Source: Eledone cirrhosa (taxonomy: Eukaryota). Taken from it: a stretch of 64,000 nucleotides of DNA. This document shows, piece by piece, positions 46,707 to 58,755 of the stretch; the stretch's first letter is position 1; every line of letters starts with the position of its first letter. The position numbers and the translations under genes are program-made. Location: positions 131,192,001 to 131,256,000 of the forward strand of contig OZ024744.1 of the NCBI GenBank assembly GCA_964016885.1. Direction: 5' to 3'. The notes beneath the pieces were generated by a model. That model was not told the origin of the DNA and ran no database searches. It saw only the letters and a list, made by a program, of their open reading frames with translations.

Positions 46707-47694
46707 TTCGGGGTTAAGTTAAGTTGGGGTTAAATTAAGTTAGGCTTAACTTAAGTTGGGGTTAAGTTAATTTGGGGTTAAGTTCGGGTTAAGTTAAGTA
46801 AGGGTTAAGTTAAGTTGGGGTTGAGTTAAGTTGGGGTTAAGTTAAGTTGGGGTTAAGTTAAGTTGGGGTCAAGTTAAGTTGGGGTTAAAATTAAGTTGGG
46901 GTTAAATCAAGTTGGGGTTAAGTTAAAGTGGGGTTAATTTAGTTGGGGTTAAGTTAAGTTGGGGCTAAGTTAAGTTGGGGCTAAGTTAAGTTGGGACTAA
47001 GTTAAGTTGGGGTTAAGTTAAGTTGGGGTTAAGTTAAGTTGGGGTTAATTTAAGTTGGGATTGAGTTAAGTTGGGGTTAAGTTAAGTTGGGGTTATATTA
47101 AGTTGAGGTTAAGTTAAGTTGGGGTTAAGTTAAGTTGGGGTTCAGTTAAGTTGCGGTTAAGTTAAGTTGGGGTTAAGTTAAGTTGGGGTTAAGTTAAGTT
47201 GGGGTTAAGTTAAGTTGGGGTCAAGTTAAGTTGGGGTTAAGTTAAGTTGGGGTTAAATTAAGTTGGGGTTAATTTAAGTTGGGGTTAATTTAAGCTGGGG
47301 TTAAGTTAAGTTGGGGATAATTTAAGTTGGGGATAAGTTAAGTTGGGGTTAAGTTAAGTTGGGTTTAAGTTAAGTTGGGGTTAAGTTAAGTTGCGGTTAA
47401 GTTAAGTTGGTTAGTTAAGTTGAGTTTAAGTTAAGTTGGGGTTAATTTAAGTTGGGGTTAAGTTACGTTGGGGTTAAGTTAAGTTGGGGCTAAGTTAAGT
47501 TGGGGTTCAGTTAAGTTGGGGTTAAATCAATTTGGGGTTAAGTTGGGGTTAAATTAATTTGGGGTTAAGTTAAGTTGGGGTTAAGTTAAGTTGGGGTTAA
47601 GTTAAGTTGGGGTTAAGTTAAGTTGGGGTTAAGTTAAGTTGGAGTTAAGTTAAGTTTGGGTTGAGTTAAGTTGGGGTTGAGTTAAATTGGGGTT

Positions 47695-48183
47695 AACTCC
47701 AACTTAAGTTAACCCCAACTTAACTTAACCCCAACTTCACTCAACCCCAACTTAACTTAACCCCAACTTCACTCAACCCCAACTTAACTCAACCCCAACC
47801 TAACTTAACCCCAACTTCACTCAACCGCAACTTATCTTAACCCCAACTTCACTCAACCCCAACTTAACTCAACCCCAACTTAACTTAACCCCAACTTAAC
47901 TTAACCCTAACTTAACTTAACCCCGACTTAACTTAACCTCGACTTAACTTAACCCCAACTTAATTTAACCCCAACTTAACTTAACCCCAACTTAACTTAA
48001 CCACAAATTAACTTAACCCCAACTTCAATTAACTCCAACTTAACTTAACCCCAACTTAACTTAACCCCAACTTAACTTAACCCCAACTTAACTCACACCC
48101 AACTTACCTTACCCCCAACTTAACTTAACCCCAACTTGACTTAACCCCAACTTAACTTAACCCCAACTTAACTTAACCCCAAA
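47695..48183 (-). repeat. Inverted satellite island, class A (about 489 bp)
   Basis: GTTAACTCC start, ACCTCGAC marker, AAATTCGGGG end. Confidence 0.95.
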
Positions 48184-50332
48184 TTCGGGGTTAAGTTATG
48201 TTGGGGTTAAGTTAAGTTAGGCCTAACTTAAGTTGGAGTTAAGTTAAGTTGGGGGTAAGTTAAGTTGGGGGTAAGTTAAGTTGGGGTTAAGTTAAGTTGG
48301 GGTTAAGTTGGGGTTAAGTTAAGTTAGGGTTAAGTTAAGTTGGGGTTGAGTTAAGTTGGGGTTAAGTTAAGTGGTGGTTATGTTAAGTTGGGGTGAAGTT
48401 AACTGGGGTTAATTTAAATTGGTGTTAAGTTAACTTTGTGGTTAAGTTAAGTTTGGGTTAAGTTAAGTTGGGGTTAAGTTAAGTTGGGGTTGAGTTAAGT
48501 TGGGGTTGAGTGAAGTTGGGGTTAAGTTAAGTTGGGGTTAATTTAAGTTGGGGTTAAGTTAAATCGGAGTTAAGTTAAGTTGGGGTTGAGTTAAGTTGGC
48601 GTTAATTTAAGTTGGGGCTAAGTTAAGTTGGGGTTAAGTTAAGTTGAGGTTAAGTTAAGTTGGGGTTGAGTTAAGTTGGGGTTGAGTTAATTTGGGGTTA
48701 AGTTAAGTTGGGGTTAAGTTAAGTTGGGTTTAAGTTAAGTTGGGGTTAAATTAAGTTGGGGTTAAATTAAGTTGGGGTTAAGTTAAGTTGGGGGTAAGAT
48801 AAGTTGGGAGCAAGTTAAGTTGGGGTTAAGTTAAGTTGGGGTTAAATTAAGTTGGGGTTAAGTTAAGTTGGGGTTATATTAAGTTGGGGTTAAGTTAAGT
48901 TGGGGTTAAGTTAAGTTGGGGTTCAGTTAAGTTGCGGTTAAGTTAAGTTGGGGTTAAGTTAAGTTGGGGTTAAGTTAAGTTGGGGTCAAGTTAAGTTGGG
49001 GTTATGTTAAGTTGGGGTTTAGTTAAGTTGGTGTTCATTTAAGTTGGGGTTAAGTTAAGTTTGGGTTAAGTTGGGGTTAAATTAAGTTGGGGTTAAGTTA
49101 AGTTGGGGTTAAGTTAAGTTGGGGTTAAGTTAAGTTGGGGTTAAGTTAAGTTGGGGTTAATTTAAGTTGGGGTTAAGTTAAGTTGCGGGTAATTTAAGTT
49201 GGGGTTAAGTTAAGTTGGGGTTAAGTTAAGTTGGGGTTAAGTTAAGTTGGGGTTAAGGTAAGTTGGGGTTAAGTTAAATTGGGGCTAAGTTAAGTTGGGG
49301 CTGAGTTAAGTTGGGGTTAAGTTAAGTTGGGGTTAAGTTAAGTTGGGGTTAAGTTAAGTTGGGGTTAAGTTAAGTTGGGGTTGAGTTAAGTTGGGGTTAA
49401 GTTAAGTAGGGGTAAGTTAAGTTGGGGTTCAGTTAAGTTGGGGTTAAGTTAAGTTGGGGTTAAGTTAAGTTGGGGTTAAGTTAAGTCGGGGTTAAGTTAA
49501 GTCGGGGTTAAGTTAAGTTAGGGTTAAGTTAAGTTGGAGTTAAGTTAAGTTGGGGTTGAGTTAAGTTGGGGTTGAGTTAAATTGGGGTTGAGTTAAGTTG
49601 GGGTTGAGTTAAGTTGGTGTTGAGTTAAGTTGGGGTTAAATTGAGTTGGGGTTAAATTAAGTTGGGGTTAAGTAAATTTGGGGGTAAGTTAAGTTGGGGG
49701 CAAGTTAAGTTGGGGCTAATTTAAGTTGGGGTTAAATTAAGTTGGGGTTACGTTAAGTTGGTGTTAAGTTAAGTTGGGGTTAATTTAAGTTGGGGTTAAT
49801 TAAGTTAGGGTTAAGTTAAGTTGGGGTTAAGTTAAGTTGGGGTTAATTTAAGTTGGGGTTGAGTTAAGTTAGGGTTAAGTTAAGTTGGGGTTATATTAAG
49901 TTGGGGTTAAGTTAAGTTGGGGTTAAGTTAAGTTGGGGTTCAGTTAAGTTGCGGTTAAGTTAAGTTGGGGTTAAGTTAAGTTGGGGTTAAGTTAAGTTGG
50001 GGTTAAGTTAAGTTGGAGTCAAGTTAAGTTGGGGTTAAGTTAAGTTGGGGTTAAGTTAAGTTGGTTAGTTAAGTTGAGTTTAAGTTAAGTTGGGGTTAAT
50101 TTAAGTTGGGGTTAAGTTAAGTTGGGGTTAAGTTAAGTTGGGGTTAATTTAAGTTGGGGTTAAGTTAAGTTGGGGTTCAGTTAAGTTGGGGTTAAGTCAA
50201 GTTGGGGTTAATTTGGGGTTAAATTAATTTGGGGTTAAGTTAAGTTGGGGTTAAGTTAAGTTGGGGTTATGTTAAGTTGGGGTTAAGTTAAGTTGGGTTT
50301 AAGTTAATTCGTGGTTAAGTTAAGTTGTGGTT

Positions 50333-50693
50333 AACCCCAACTTCACTCAACCCCACCTTAACTCAACCCCAACTTAACTTAACCCCAACTTCACTCAACC
50401 CCAACTTAACTTAACCCCAACTTCACTCAACCCCAACTTAAATCAACCCCAACTTAACATAACCCCAACTTAACTTAACCCTAACTTAACTTAACCCCGA
50501 CTTAACTTAACTTCGAATTAACTTAACCCCAACTTAACTTAACCCCAACTTAACTTAACCCCAACTTAACTTAACCACAAATTAACTTAACCCCAACTTA
50601 ACTCACACCCAACTTAACTTACCCCCAACTTAACTTAACCCCAACTTGACTTAACCCCAAATTAACTTAACCCCAACTTAACTTAACCCCAAA
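50333..50693 (-). repeat. Inverted satellite island, class B (about 361 bp)
   Basis: ACTTCGAATT marker; same junctions as the 2174 island. Confidence 0.95.
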
Positions 50694-51286
50694 TTCGGGG
50701 TTAAGTTAAGTTGGGGTTAAGTTAAGTTAGGCTTAACTTAAGTTGGGGTTAAGTTAAGTTGGGGGTAAGTTAAGTTCTGGGTAAGTTAAGTTGGGGTTAA
50801 GTTAAGTTGGGGTTAAGTTGGGGTTAAGTTAAGTTAGGGTTAAGTTAAGTTGGGGTTGAGTTAAGTTGGGGTTAAGTTAAGTTAGGGTTAATTTAAGTTG
50901 GGGCTAAGTTAAGTTGGGGCTGAGTTAAGTTGGGGTTAAGTTAAGTTGGGGTTAAGTTAAGTTGGGGATAAGTTAAGTTGGGGTTAAGTTAAGTTGGGGT
51001 TTATTTAAGTTGGGGTTAATTTAAGTTGGGGTTCAGTTAAGTTGGGGTTAAGTTAAGTTGGGGTTAAGTTAAGTTGGGGTTAAGTTAAGTTGGTGTTAAG
51101 TTAAGTTGGGTTTAAGTTAAGTTGGGGTTAAGTTAAGTTGGGGTCAAGTTAAGTTGGGGTTAAGTTAAGTTGGTTAGTTAAGTTGAGTTTAAGTTAAGTT
51201 GGGGTTAATTTATGTTGGGGTTAAGTTAAGTTGGGGTTAAGTTAAGTTGGGGTTAAGTTAAGTTGGGGTTAAGTTAAGTTGGGGTT

Positions 51287-51487
51287 AACCCCAACTTAAC
51301 TTAACCCCAACTTCACTCAACCCCAACGTAACTCAACCCCAACTTAACTTAACCCCAACTTCACTCAACCCCAACTTAACTTAACACCAACTTCACTCAA
51401 CCCCAACTTAAGTCAACCCCAACTTAACTTAACCCCAACTTGACTTAACCCCAACTTAACTTAGCACCAACTTAACTTAAGCCCAAA
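51287..51487 (-). repeat. Inverted satellite island, class D (about 201 bp)
   Basis: CAACGTAAC and TAGCACCAAC markers; ends in AAAGCCGGGG. Confidence 0.95.
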
Positions 51488-53120
51488 GCCGGGGTTAAGT
51501 TAAGTTGGCGTTAAGTTAAGTTAGGCTTAACTTAAGTTGGGGTTCAGTTAAGTTGGGGGTAAGTTAAGTTGGGGGTAAGTTAAGTTGGGGTTAAGTTAAG
51601 TTGCGTTTAAGTTGGGGTTAAGTTAAGTTAGGGTTAAGTTAAGTTGGGGTTAAGTTAAGTTGGGGTTAATTTAAATTGGGGTTAAGTTAACTTTGTGGTT
51701 AAGTTAAGTTGGGGTTAAGTTAAGTTGGGGTTAAGTTGGGGTTAATTTAAGTTGGGGCTAAGTTAATTTGTGGTTAAGTTAAGTTGGGGTTAAGTTAAGT
51801 TGGGGTTAAGTTAAGTTGGGGGTAAGTTAAGTTGGGGCTAAGTTAAGTTGGGGTTAAATTAAGTTGGGGTTACGTTAAGTTGGTGTTAAGTTAAGTTGGG
51901 GTTAATTTAAGTTGGGGTTAATTAAGTTGGGGTTAAGTTAAGTTGGGGTTAAGTTAAGTTGGGGTTTATTTAAGTTGGGGTTAAGTTAAGTTGGGGTTCA
52001 GTTAAGTTGGGGTTAAGTTAAGTTGGGGTTAAGATGGGGTTAAATTAAGTTGGGGTTAAGTTAAGTTGGGGTTAAGTTAAGTCGGGGTTAAGTTAAGGTA
52101 GGGTTCAGTTAAGTTGGGGTTAAGTTAAGTTGGGGTTGAGTTAAGTTGGGGTTGAGTTAAATTGGTGTTGAGTTAAGTTGGGGTTAAGTTAAGTTGGGGT
52201 TAAGTTAAGTTGCAGTTAAGTTAAGTTGAGGTTAAGTTAAGGTGCGGTTAAGTTAAGCTGGGGCTAAGTTAAGTTGGGGCTAAGTTAAGTTGGGGCTAAG
52301 TTACGTTGGGGTTAGGTTAAGTTGGGGTTAAGTTAAGTCGGGGTTAAGTTAAGTTGGCGTTAAGTTAAGTTGGGGTTAATTTAAGTTGGGGTTAGGTTAA
52401 GTTGGGGTTAATTTAAGTTGGGGTTAAGTTAAGTTGCGGGTAATTTAAGTTGGGGTTAAGTTAAGTTGGGGTTAAGTTAAGTTGGGGTTAAGTTAAGTTG
52501 GGGTTGAGTTAAGTTGGGGTTAAGTTAAGTTGGGGTTAAGTTAAGTTGGGGTTCAGTTAAGTTGGGGTTAAGTTGGGGTTAAATTAATTTGGGGTTAAGT
52601 TAAGTTGGGGTTTAGTTTAGTTGGGGTTAAATTAAGTTGGGGTTAATTTAAGTTGGGGTTAAGTTAAGTTGCGGGTAATTTAAGTTGGGGTTAAGTTAAG
52701 TTGGGGTTAAGTTAAGTTGGGGTTAAGTTAAGTTGGGGTTAAGTTAAGTTGGGGGTAAGTTAAGTTGGGGGTAAGTTAAGTTGGGGTTAAGTTAAGTTGG
52801 GGTTAAGTTAAGTTAGGGTTAAGTTAAGTTGGGGTTGAGTTAAGTTGGGGTTAAGTTAAGTTGGGGTTATGTTAAGTTGGGGTTAAGTTAAGTTGGTTCG
52901 TTAAGTTGAGTTTAAGTTAAGTGGGGTTAATTTAAGTTGGGGTTAAGTTAAGTTGGGGTTAAGTTAAGTTGGGGTTAAGTTAAGTTGGGGTTAAGTTAAG
53001 TTGGGGTTCAGTTAAGTTGGGGTTAAGTCAAGTTGGGGTTAAGTTAAGTTGGGGTTATGTTAAGTTGGGGTTAAGTTAAGTTGGGGTTAAGTTAATTTGT
53101 GGTTAAGTTAAGTTGTGGTT

Positions 53121-53513
53121 AACCCCAACTTCACTCAACCCCACCTTAACTCAACCCCAACTTAACTTAAGCCCAACTTCACTCAACCCCAACTTAACTT
53201 AACCCCAACTTCACTCAACCCCAACTTAACTCAACCCCAACTTAACTTAACCCCAACTTAACTTAACCCTAACTTAACCTAACCCCAACTTAACTTAACT
53301 TCGACTTAACTTAACCCCAACTTAACTTAACCCCAACTTAACTTAACCCCAACTTAACTTAACCACAAATTAACTTAACCCCAACTTAAATTAACCCCAA
53401 CTTAAATTAACCCCAACTTAACTTAACCCCAACTTAACTTAACCCCAACTTAAATTAACCCCAACTTGACTTAACCCCAAATTAACTTAACCCCAACTTA
53501 ACTTAACCCCAAA
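53121..53513 (-). repeat. Inverted satellite island, class C (about 393 bp)
   Basis: ACTTCGACTT marker; same junctions as the 5025 island. Confidence 0.95.
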
Positions 53514-54501
53514 TTCGGGGTTAAGTTAAGTTGGGGTTAAATTAAGTTAGGCTTAACTTAAGTTGGGGTTAAGTTAATTTGGGGTTAAGTTCGGGTTAAG
53601 TTAAGTTAGGGTTAAGTTAAGTTGGGGTTGAGTTAAGTTGGGGTTAAGTTAAGTTGGGGTTAAGTTAAGTTGGGGTCAAGTTAAGTTGGGGTTAAAATTA
53701 AGTTGGGGTTAAATCAAGTTGGGGTTAAGTTAAAGTGGGGTTAATTTAGTTGGGGTTAAGTTAAGTTGGGGCTAAGTTAAGTTGGGGCTAAGTTAAGTTG
53801 GGACTAAGTTAAGTTGGGGTTAAGTTAAGTTGGGGTTAAGTTAAGTTGGGGTTAATTTAAGTTGGGATTGAGTTAAGTTGGGGTTAAGTTAAGTTGGGGT
53901 TATATTAAGTTGAGGTTAAGTTAAGTTGGGGTTAAGTTAAGTTGGGGTTCAGTTAAGTTGCGGTTAAGTTAAGTTGGGGTTAAGTTAAGTTGGGGTTAAG
54001 TTAAGTTGGGGTTAAGTTAAGTTGGGGTCAAGTTAAGTTGGGGTTAAGTTAAGTTGGGGTTAAATTAAGTTGGGGTTAATTTAAGTTGGGGTTAATTTAA
54101 GCTGGGGTTAAGTTAAGTTGGGGATAATTTAAGTTGGGGATAAGTTAAGTTGGGGTTAAGTTAAGTTGGGTTTAAGTTAAGTTGGGGTTAAGTTAAGTTG
54201 CGGTTAAGTTAAGTTGGTTAGTTAAGTTGAGTTTAAGTTAAGTTGGGGTTAATTTAAGTTGGGGTTAAGTTACGTTGGGGTTAAGTTAAGTTGGGGCTAA
54301 GTTAAGTTGGGGTTCAGTTAAGTTGGGGTTAAATCAATTTGGGGTTAAGTTGGGGTTAAATTAATTTGGGGTTAAGTTAAGTTGGGGTTAAGTTAAGTTG
54401 GGGTTAAGTTAAGTTGGGGTTAAGTTAAGTTGGGGTTAAGTTAAGTTGGAGTTAAGTTAAGTTTGGGTTGAGTTAAGTTGGGGTTGATTTAAATTGGGGT
54501 T

Positions 54502-54990
54502 AACTCCAACTTAAGTTAACCCCAACTTAACTTAACCCCAACTTCACTCAACCCCAACTTAACTTAACCCCAACTTCACTCAATCCCAACTTAACTCAAC
54601 CCCAACCTAACTTAACCCCAACTTCACTCAACCCCAACTTATCTTAACCCCAACTTCACTCAACCCCAACTTAACTCAACCCCAACTTAACTTAACCCCA
54701 ACTTAACTTAACCCTAACTTAACTTAACCCCGACTTAACTTAACCTCGACTTAACTTAACCCCAACTTAATTTAACCCCAACTTAACTTAACCCCAACTT
54801 AACTTAACCACAAATTAACTTAACCCCAACTTCAATTAACCCCAACTTAACTTAACCCCAACTTAACTTAACCCCAACTTAACTTAACCCCAACTTAACT
54901 CACACCCAACTTACCTTACCCCCAACTTAACTTAACCCCAACTTGACTTAACCCCAACTTAACTTAACCCCAACTTAACTTAACCCCAAA
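54502..54990 (-). repeat. Inverted satellite island, class A (about 489 bp)
   Basis: GTTAACTCC start, ACCTCGAC marker, AAATTCGGGG end. Confidence 0.95.
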
Positions 54991-57139
54991 TTCGGGGTTA
55001 AGTTATGTTGGGGTTAAGTTAAGTTAGGCCTAACTTAAGTTGGAGTTAAGTTAAGTTGGGGGTAAGTTAAGTTGGGGGTAAGTTAAGTTGGGGTTAAGTT
55101 AAGTTGGGGTTAAGTTGGGGTTAAGTTAAGTTAGGGTTAAGTTAAGTTGGGGTTGAGTTAAGTTGGGGTTAAGTTAAGTGGTGGTTATGTTAAGTTGGGG
55201 TGAAGTTAACTGGGGTTAATTTAAATTGGTGTTAAGTTAACTTTGTGGTTAAGTTAAGTTGGGGTTAAGTTAAGTTGGGGTTAAGTTAAGTTGGGGTTGA
55301 GTTAAGTTGGGGTTGAGTGAAGTTGGGGTTAAGTTAAGTTGGGGTTAATTTAAGTTGGGGTTAAGTTAAATCGGAGTTAAGTTAAGTTGGGGTTGAGTTA
55401 AGTTGGCGTTAATTTAAGTTGGGGCTAAGTTAAGTTGGGGTTAAGTTAAGTTGAGGTTAAGTTAAGTTGGGGTTGAGTTAAGTTGGGGTTGAGTTAATTT
55501 GGGGTTAAGTTAAGTTGGGGTTAAGTTAAGTTGGGTTTAAGTTAAGTTGGGGTTAAATTAAGTTGGGGTTAAATTAAGTTGGGGTTAAGTTAAGTTGGGG
55601 GTAAGATAAGTTGGGAGCAAGTTAAGTTGGGGTTAAGTTAAGTTGGGGTTAAATTAAGTTGGGGTTAAGTTAAGTTGGGGTTATATTAAGTTGGGGTTAA
55701 GTTAAGTTGGGGTTAAGTTAAGTTGGGGTTCAGTTAAGTTGCGGTTAAGTTAAGTTGGGGTTAAGTTAAGTTGGGGTTAAGTTAAGTTGGGGTCAAGTTA
55801 AGTTGGGGTTATGTTAAGTTGGGGTTTAGTTAAGTTGGTGTTCATTTAAGTTGGGGTTAAGTTAAGTTTGGGTTAAGTTGGGGTTAAATTAAGTTGGGGT
55901 TAAGTTAAGTTGGGGTTAAGTTAAGTTGGGGTTAAGTTAAGTTGGGGTTAAGTTAAGTTGGGGTTAATTTAAGTTGGGGTTAAGTTAAGTTGCGGGTAAT
56001 TTAAGTTGGGGTTAAGTTAAGTTGGGGTTAAGTTAAGTTGGGGTTAAGTTAAGTTGGGGTTAAGGTAAGTTGGGGTTAAGTTAAATTGGGGCTAAGTTAA
56101 GTTGGGGCTGAGTTAAGTTGGGGTTAAGTTAAGTTGGGGTTAAGTTAAGTTGGGGTTAAGTTAAGTTGGGGTTAAGTTAAGTTGGGGTTGAGTTAAGTTG
56201 GGGTTAAGTTAAGTAGGGGTAAGTTAAGTTGGGGTTCAGTTAAGTTGGGGTTAAGTTAAGTTGGGGTTAAGTTAAGTTGGGGTTAAGTTAAGTCGGGGTT
56301 AAGTTAAGTCGGGGTTAAGTTAAGTTAGGGTTAAGTTAAGTTGGAGTTAAGTTAAGTTGGGGTTGAGTTAAGTTGGGGTTGAGTTAAATTGGGGTTGAGT
56401 TAAGTTGGGGTTGAGTTAAGTTGGTGTTGAGTTAAGTTGGGGTTAAATTGAGTTGGGGTTAAATTAAGTTGGGGTTAAGTAAATTTGGGGGTAAGTTAAG
56501 TTGGGGGCAAGTTAAGTTGGGGCTAATTTAAGTTGGGGTTAAATTAAGTTGGGGTTACGTTAAGTTGGTGTTAAGTTAAGTTGGGGTTAATTTAAGTTGG
56601 GGTTAATTAAGTTAGGGTTAAGTTAAGTTGGGGTTAAGTTAAGTTGGGGTTAATTTAAGTTGGGGTTGAGTTAAGTTAGGGTTAAGTTAAGTTGGGGTTA
56701 TATTAAGTTGGGGTTAAGTTAAGTTGGGGTTAAGTTAAGTTGGGGTTCAGTTAAGTTGCGGTTAAGTTAAGTTGGGGTTAAGTTAAGTTGGGGTTAAGTT
56801 AAGTTGGGGTTAAGTTAAGTTGGAGTCAAGTTAAGTCGGGGTTAAGTTAAGTTGGGGTTAAGTTAAGTTGGTTAGTTAAGTTGAGTTTAAGTTAAGTTGG
56901 GGTTAATTTAAGTTGGGGTTAAGTTAAGTTGGGGTTAAGTTAAGTTGGGGTTAAGTTAAGTTGGGGTTAAGTTAAGTTGGGGTTCAGTTAAGTTGGGGTT
57001 AAGTCAAGTTGGGGTTAATTTGGGGTTAAATTAATTTGGGGTTAAGTTAAGTTGGGGTTAAGTTAAGTTGGGGTTATGTTAAGTTGGGGTTAAGTTAAGT
57101 TGGGTTTAAGTTAATTCGTGGTTAAGTTAAGTTGTGGTT

Positions 57140-57500
57140 AACCCCAACTTCACTCAACCCCACCTTAACTCAACCCCAACTTAACTTAACCCCAACTTCA
57201 CTCAACCCCAACTTAACTTAACCCCAACTTCACTCAACCCCAACTTAAATCAACCCCAACTTAACATAACCCCAACTTAACTTAACCCTAACTTAACTTA
57301 ACCCCGACTTAACTTAACTTCGAATTAACTTAACCCCAACTTAACTTAACCCCAACTTAACTTAACCCCAACTTAACTTAACCACAAATTAACTTAACCC
57401 CAACTTAACTCACACCCAACTTAACTTACCCCCAACTTAACTTAACCCCAACTTGACTTAACCCCAAATTAACTTAACCCCAACTTAACTTAACCCCAAA
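57140..57500 (-). repeat. Inverted satellite island, class B (about 361 bp)
   Basis: ACTTCGAATT marker; same junctions as the 2174 island. Confidence 0.95.
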
Positions 57501-58093
57501 TTCGGGGTTAAGTTAAGTTGGGGTTAAGTTAAGTTAGGCTTAACTTAAGTTGGGGTTAAGTTAAGTTGGGGGTAAGTTAAGTTCTGGGTAAGTTAAGTTG
57601 GGGTTAAGTTAAGTTGGGGTTAAGTTGGGGTTAAGTTAAGTTAGGGTTAAGTTAAGTTGGGGTTGAGTTAAGTTGGGGTTAAGTTAAGTTAGGGTTAATT
57701 TAAGTTGGGGCTAAGTTAAGTTGGGGCTGAGTTAAGTTGGGGTTAAGTTAAGTTGGGGTTAAGTTAAGTTGGGGATAAGTTAAGTTGGGGTTAAGTTAAG
57801 TTGGGGTTTATTTAAGTTGGGGTTAATTTAAGTTGGGGTTCAGTTAAGTTGGGGTTAAGTTAAGTTGGGGTTAAGTTAAGTTGGGGTTAAGTTAAGTTGG
57901 TGTTAAGTTAAGTTGGGTTTAAGTTAAGTTGGGGTTAAGTTAAGTTGGGGTCAAGTTAAGTTGGGGTTAAGTTAAGTTGGTTAGTTAAGTTGAGTTTAAG
58001 TTAAGTTGGGGTTAATTTATGTTGGGGTTAAGTTAAGTTGGGGTTAAGTTAAGTTGGGGTTAAGTTAAGTTGGGGTTAAGTTAAGTTGGGGTT

Positions 58094-58294
58094 AACCCCA
58101 ACTTAACTTAACCCCAACGTAACTCAACCCCAACGTAACTCAACCCCAACTTAACTTAACCCCAACTTCACTCAACCCCAACTTAACTTAACCCCAACTT
58201 CACTCAACCCCAACTTAAGTCAACCCCAACTTAACTTAACCCCAACTTGACTTAACCCCAACTTAACTTAGCACCAACTTAACTTAAGCCCAAA
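58094..58294 (-). repeat. Inverted satellite island, class D (about 201 bp)
   Basis: Class D markers, with the CAACGTAACTC unit present twice in tandem. Confidence 0.95.
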
Positions 58295-58554
58295 GCCGGG
58301 GTTAAGTTAAGTTGGCGTTAAGTTAAGTTAGGCTTAACTTAAGTTGGGTTTCAGTTAAGTTGGGGGTAAGTTAAGTTGGGGGTAAGTTAAGTTGGGGTTC
58401 AGTTAAGTTGGGGTTAAGTCAAGTTGGGGTTAAGTTGGGGTTAAATTAAGTTGGGGTTAAGTTAAGTTGGGGTCAAGTTAAGTTAGGGTTAAGTTAAGTT
58501 GGGGTTAAGTTAAGTTGGGGTTAAGTTAATTTGTGGTTAAGTTAAGTTGGGGTT

Positions 58555-58755
58555 AACCCCAACTTAACTTAACCCCAACTTCACTCAAACCCAACTTAAC
58601 TCAACCCCAACTTAACTTAACCCCAGCTTCACTCAACCCCAACTTAACTTAACCCCAACTTCACTCAACCCCAACTTAACTCCACCGCAACTTAACTTAA
58701 CCCCAACTTGACTTAGCCCCAACTTAACTTAACCCCAACTTAACTTAACCCAAAA
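58555..58755 (-). repeat. Inverted satellite island, class E (about 201 bp)
   Basis: Class E markers plus CTCCACCGCAAC, as in the 40166 island. Confidence 0.95.

Larger units (their letters stand above)
45690..58385 (+). repeat. Second cluster of the same about 6.8-kb higher-order repeat (C-A-B-D-C-A-B-D)
   Basis: The same landmarks occur at 48186/48565 and 54993/55372 (period 6807; offset 48127 from the first cluster). Confidence 0.9.
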
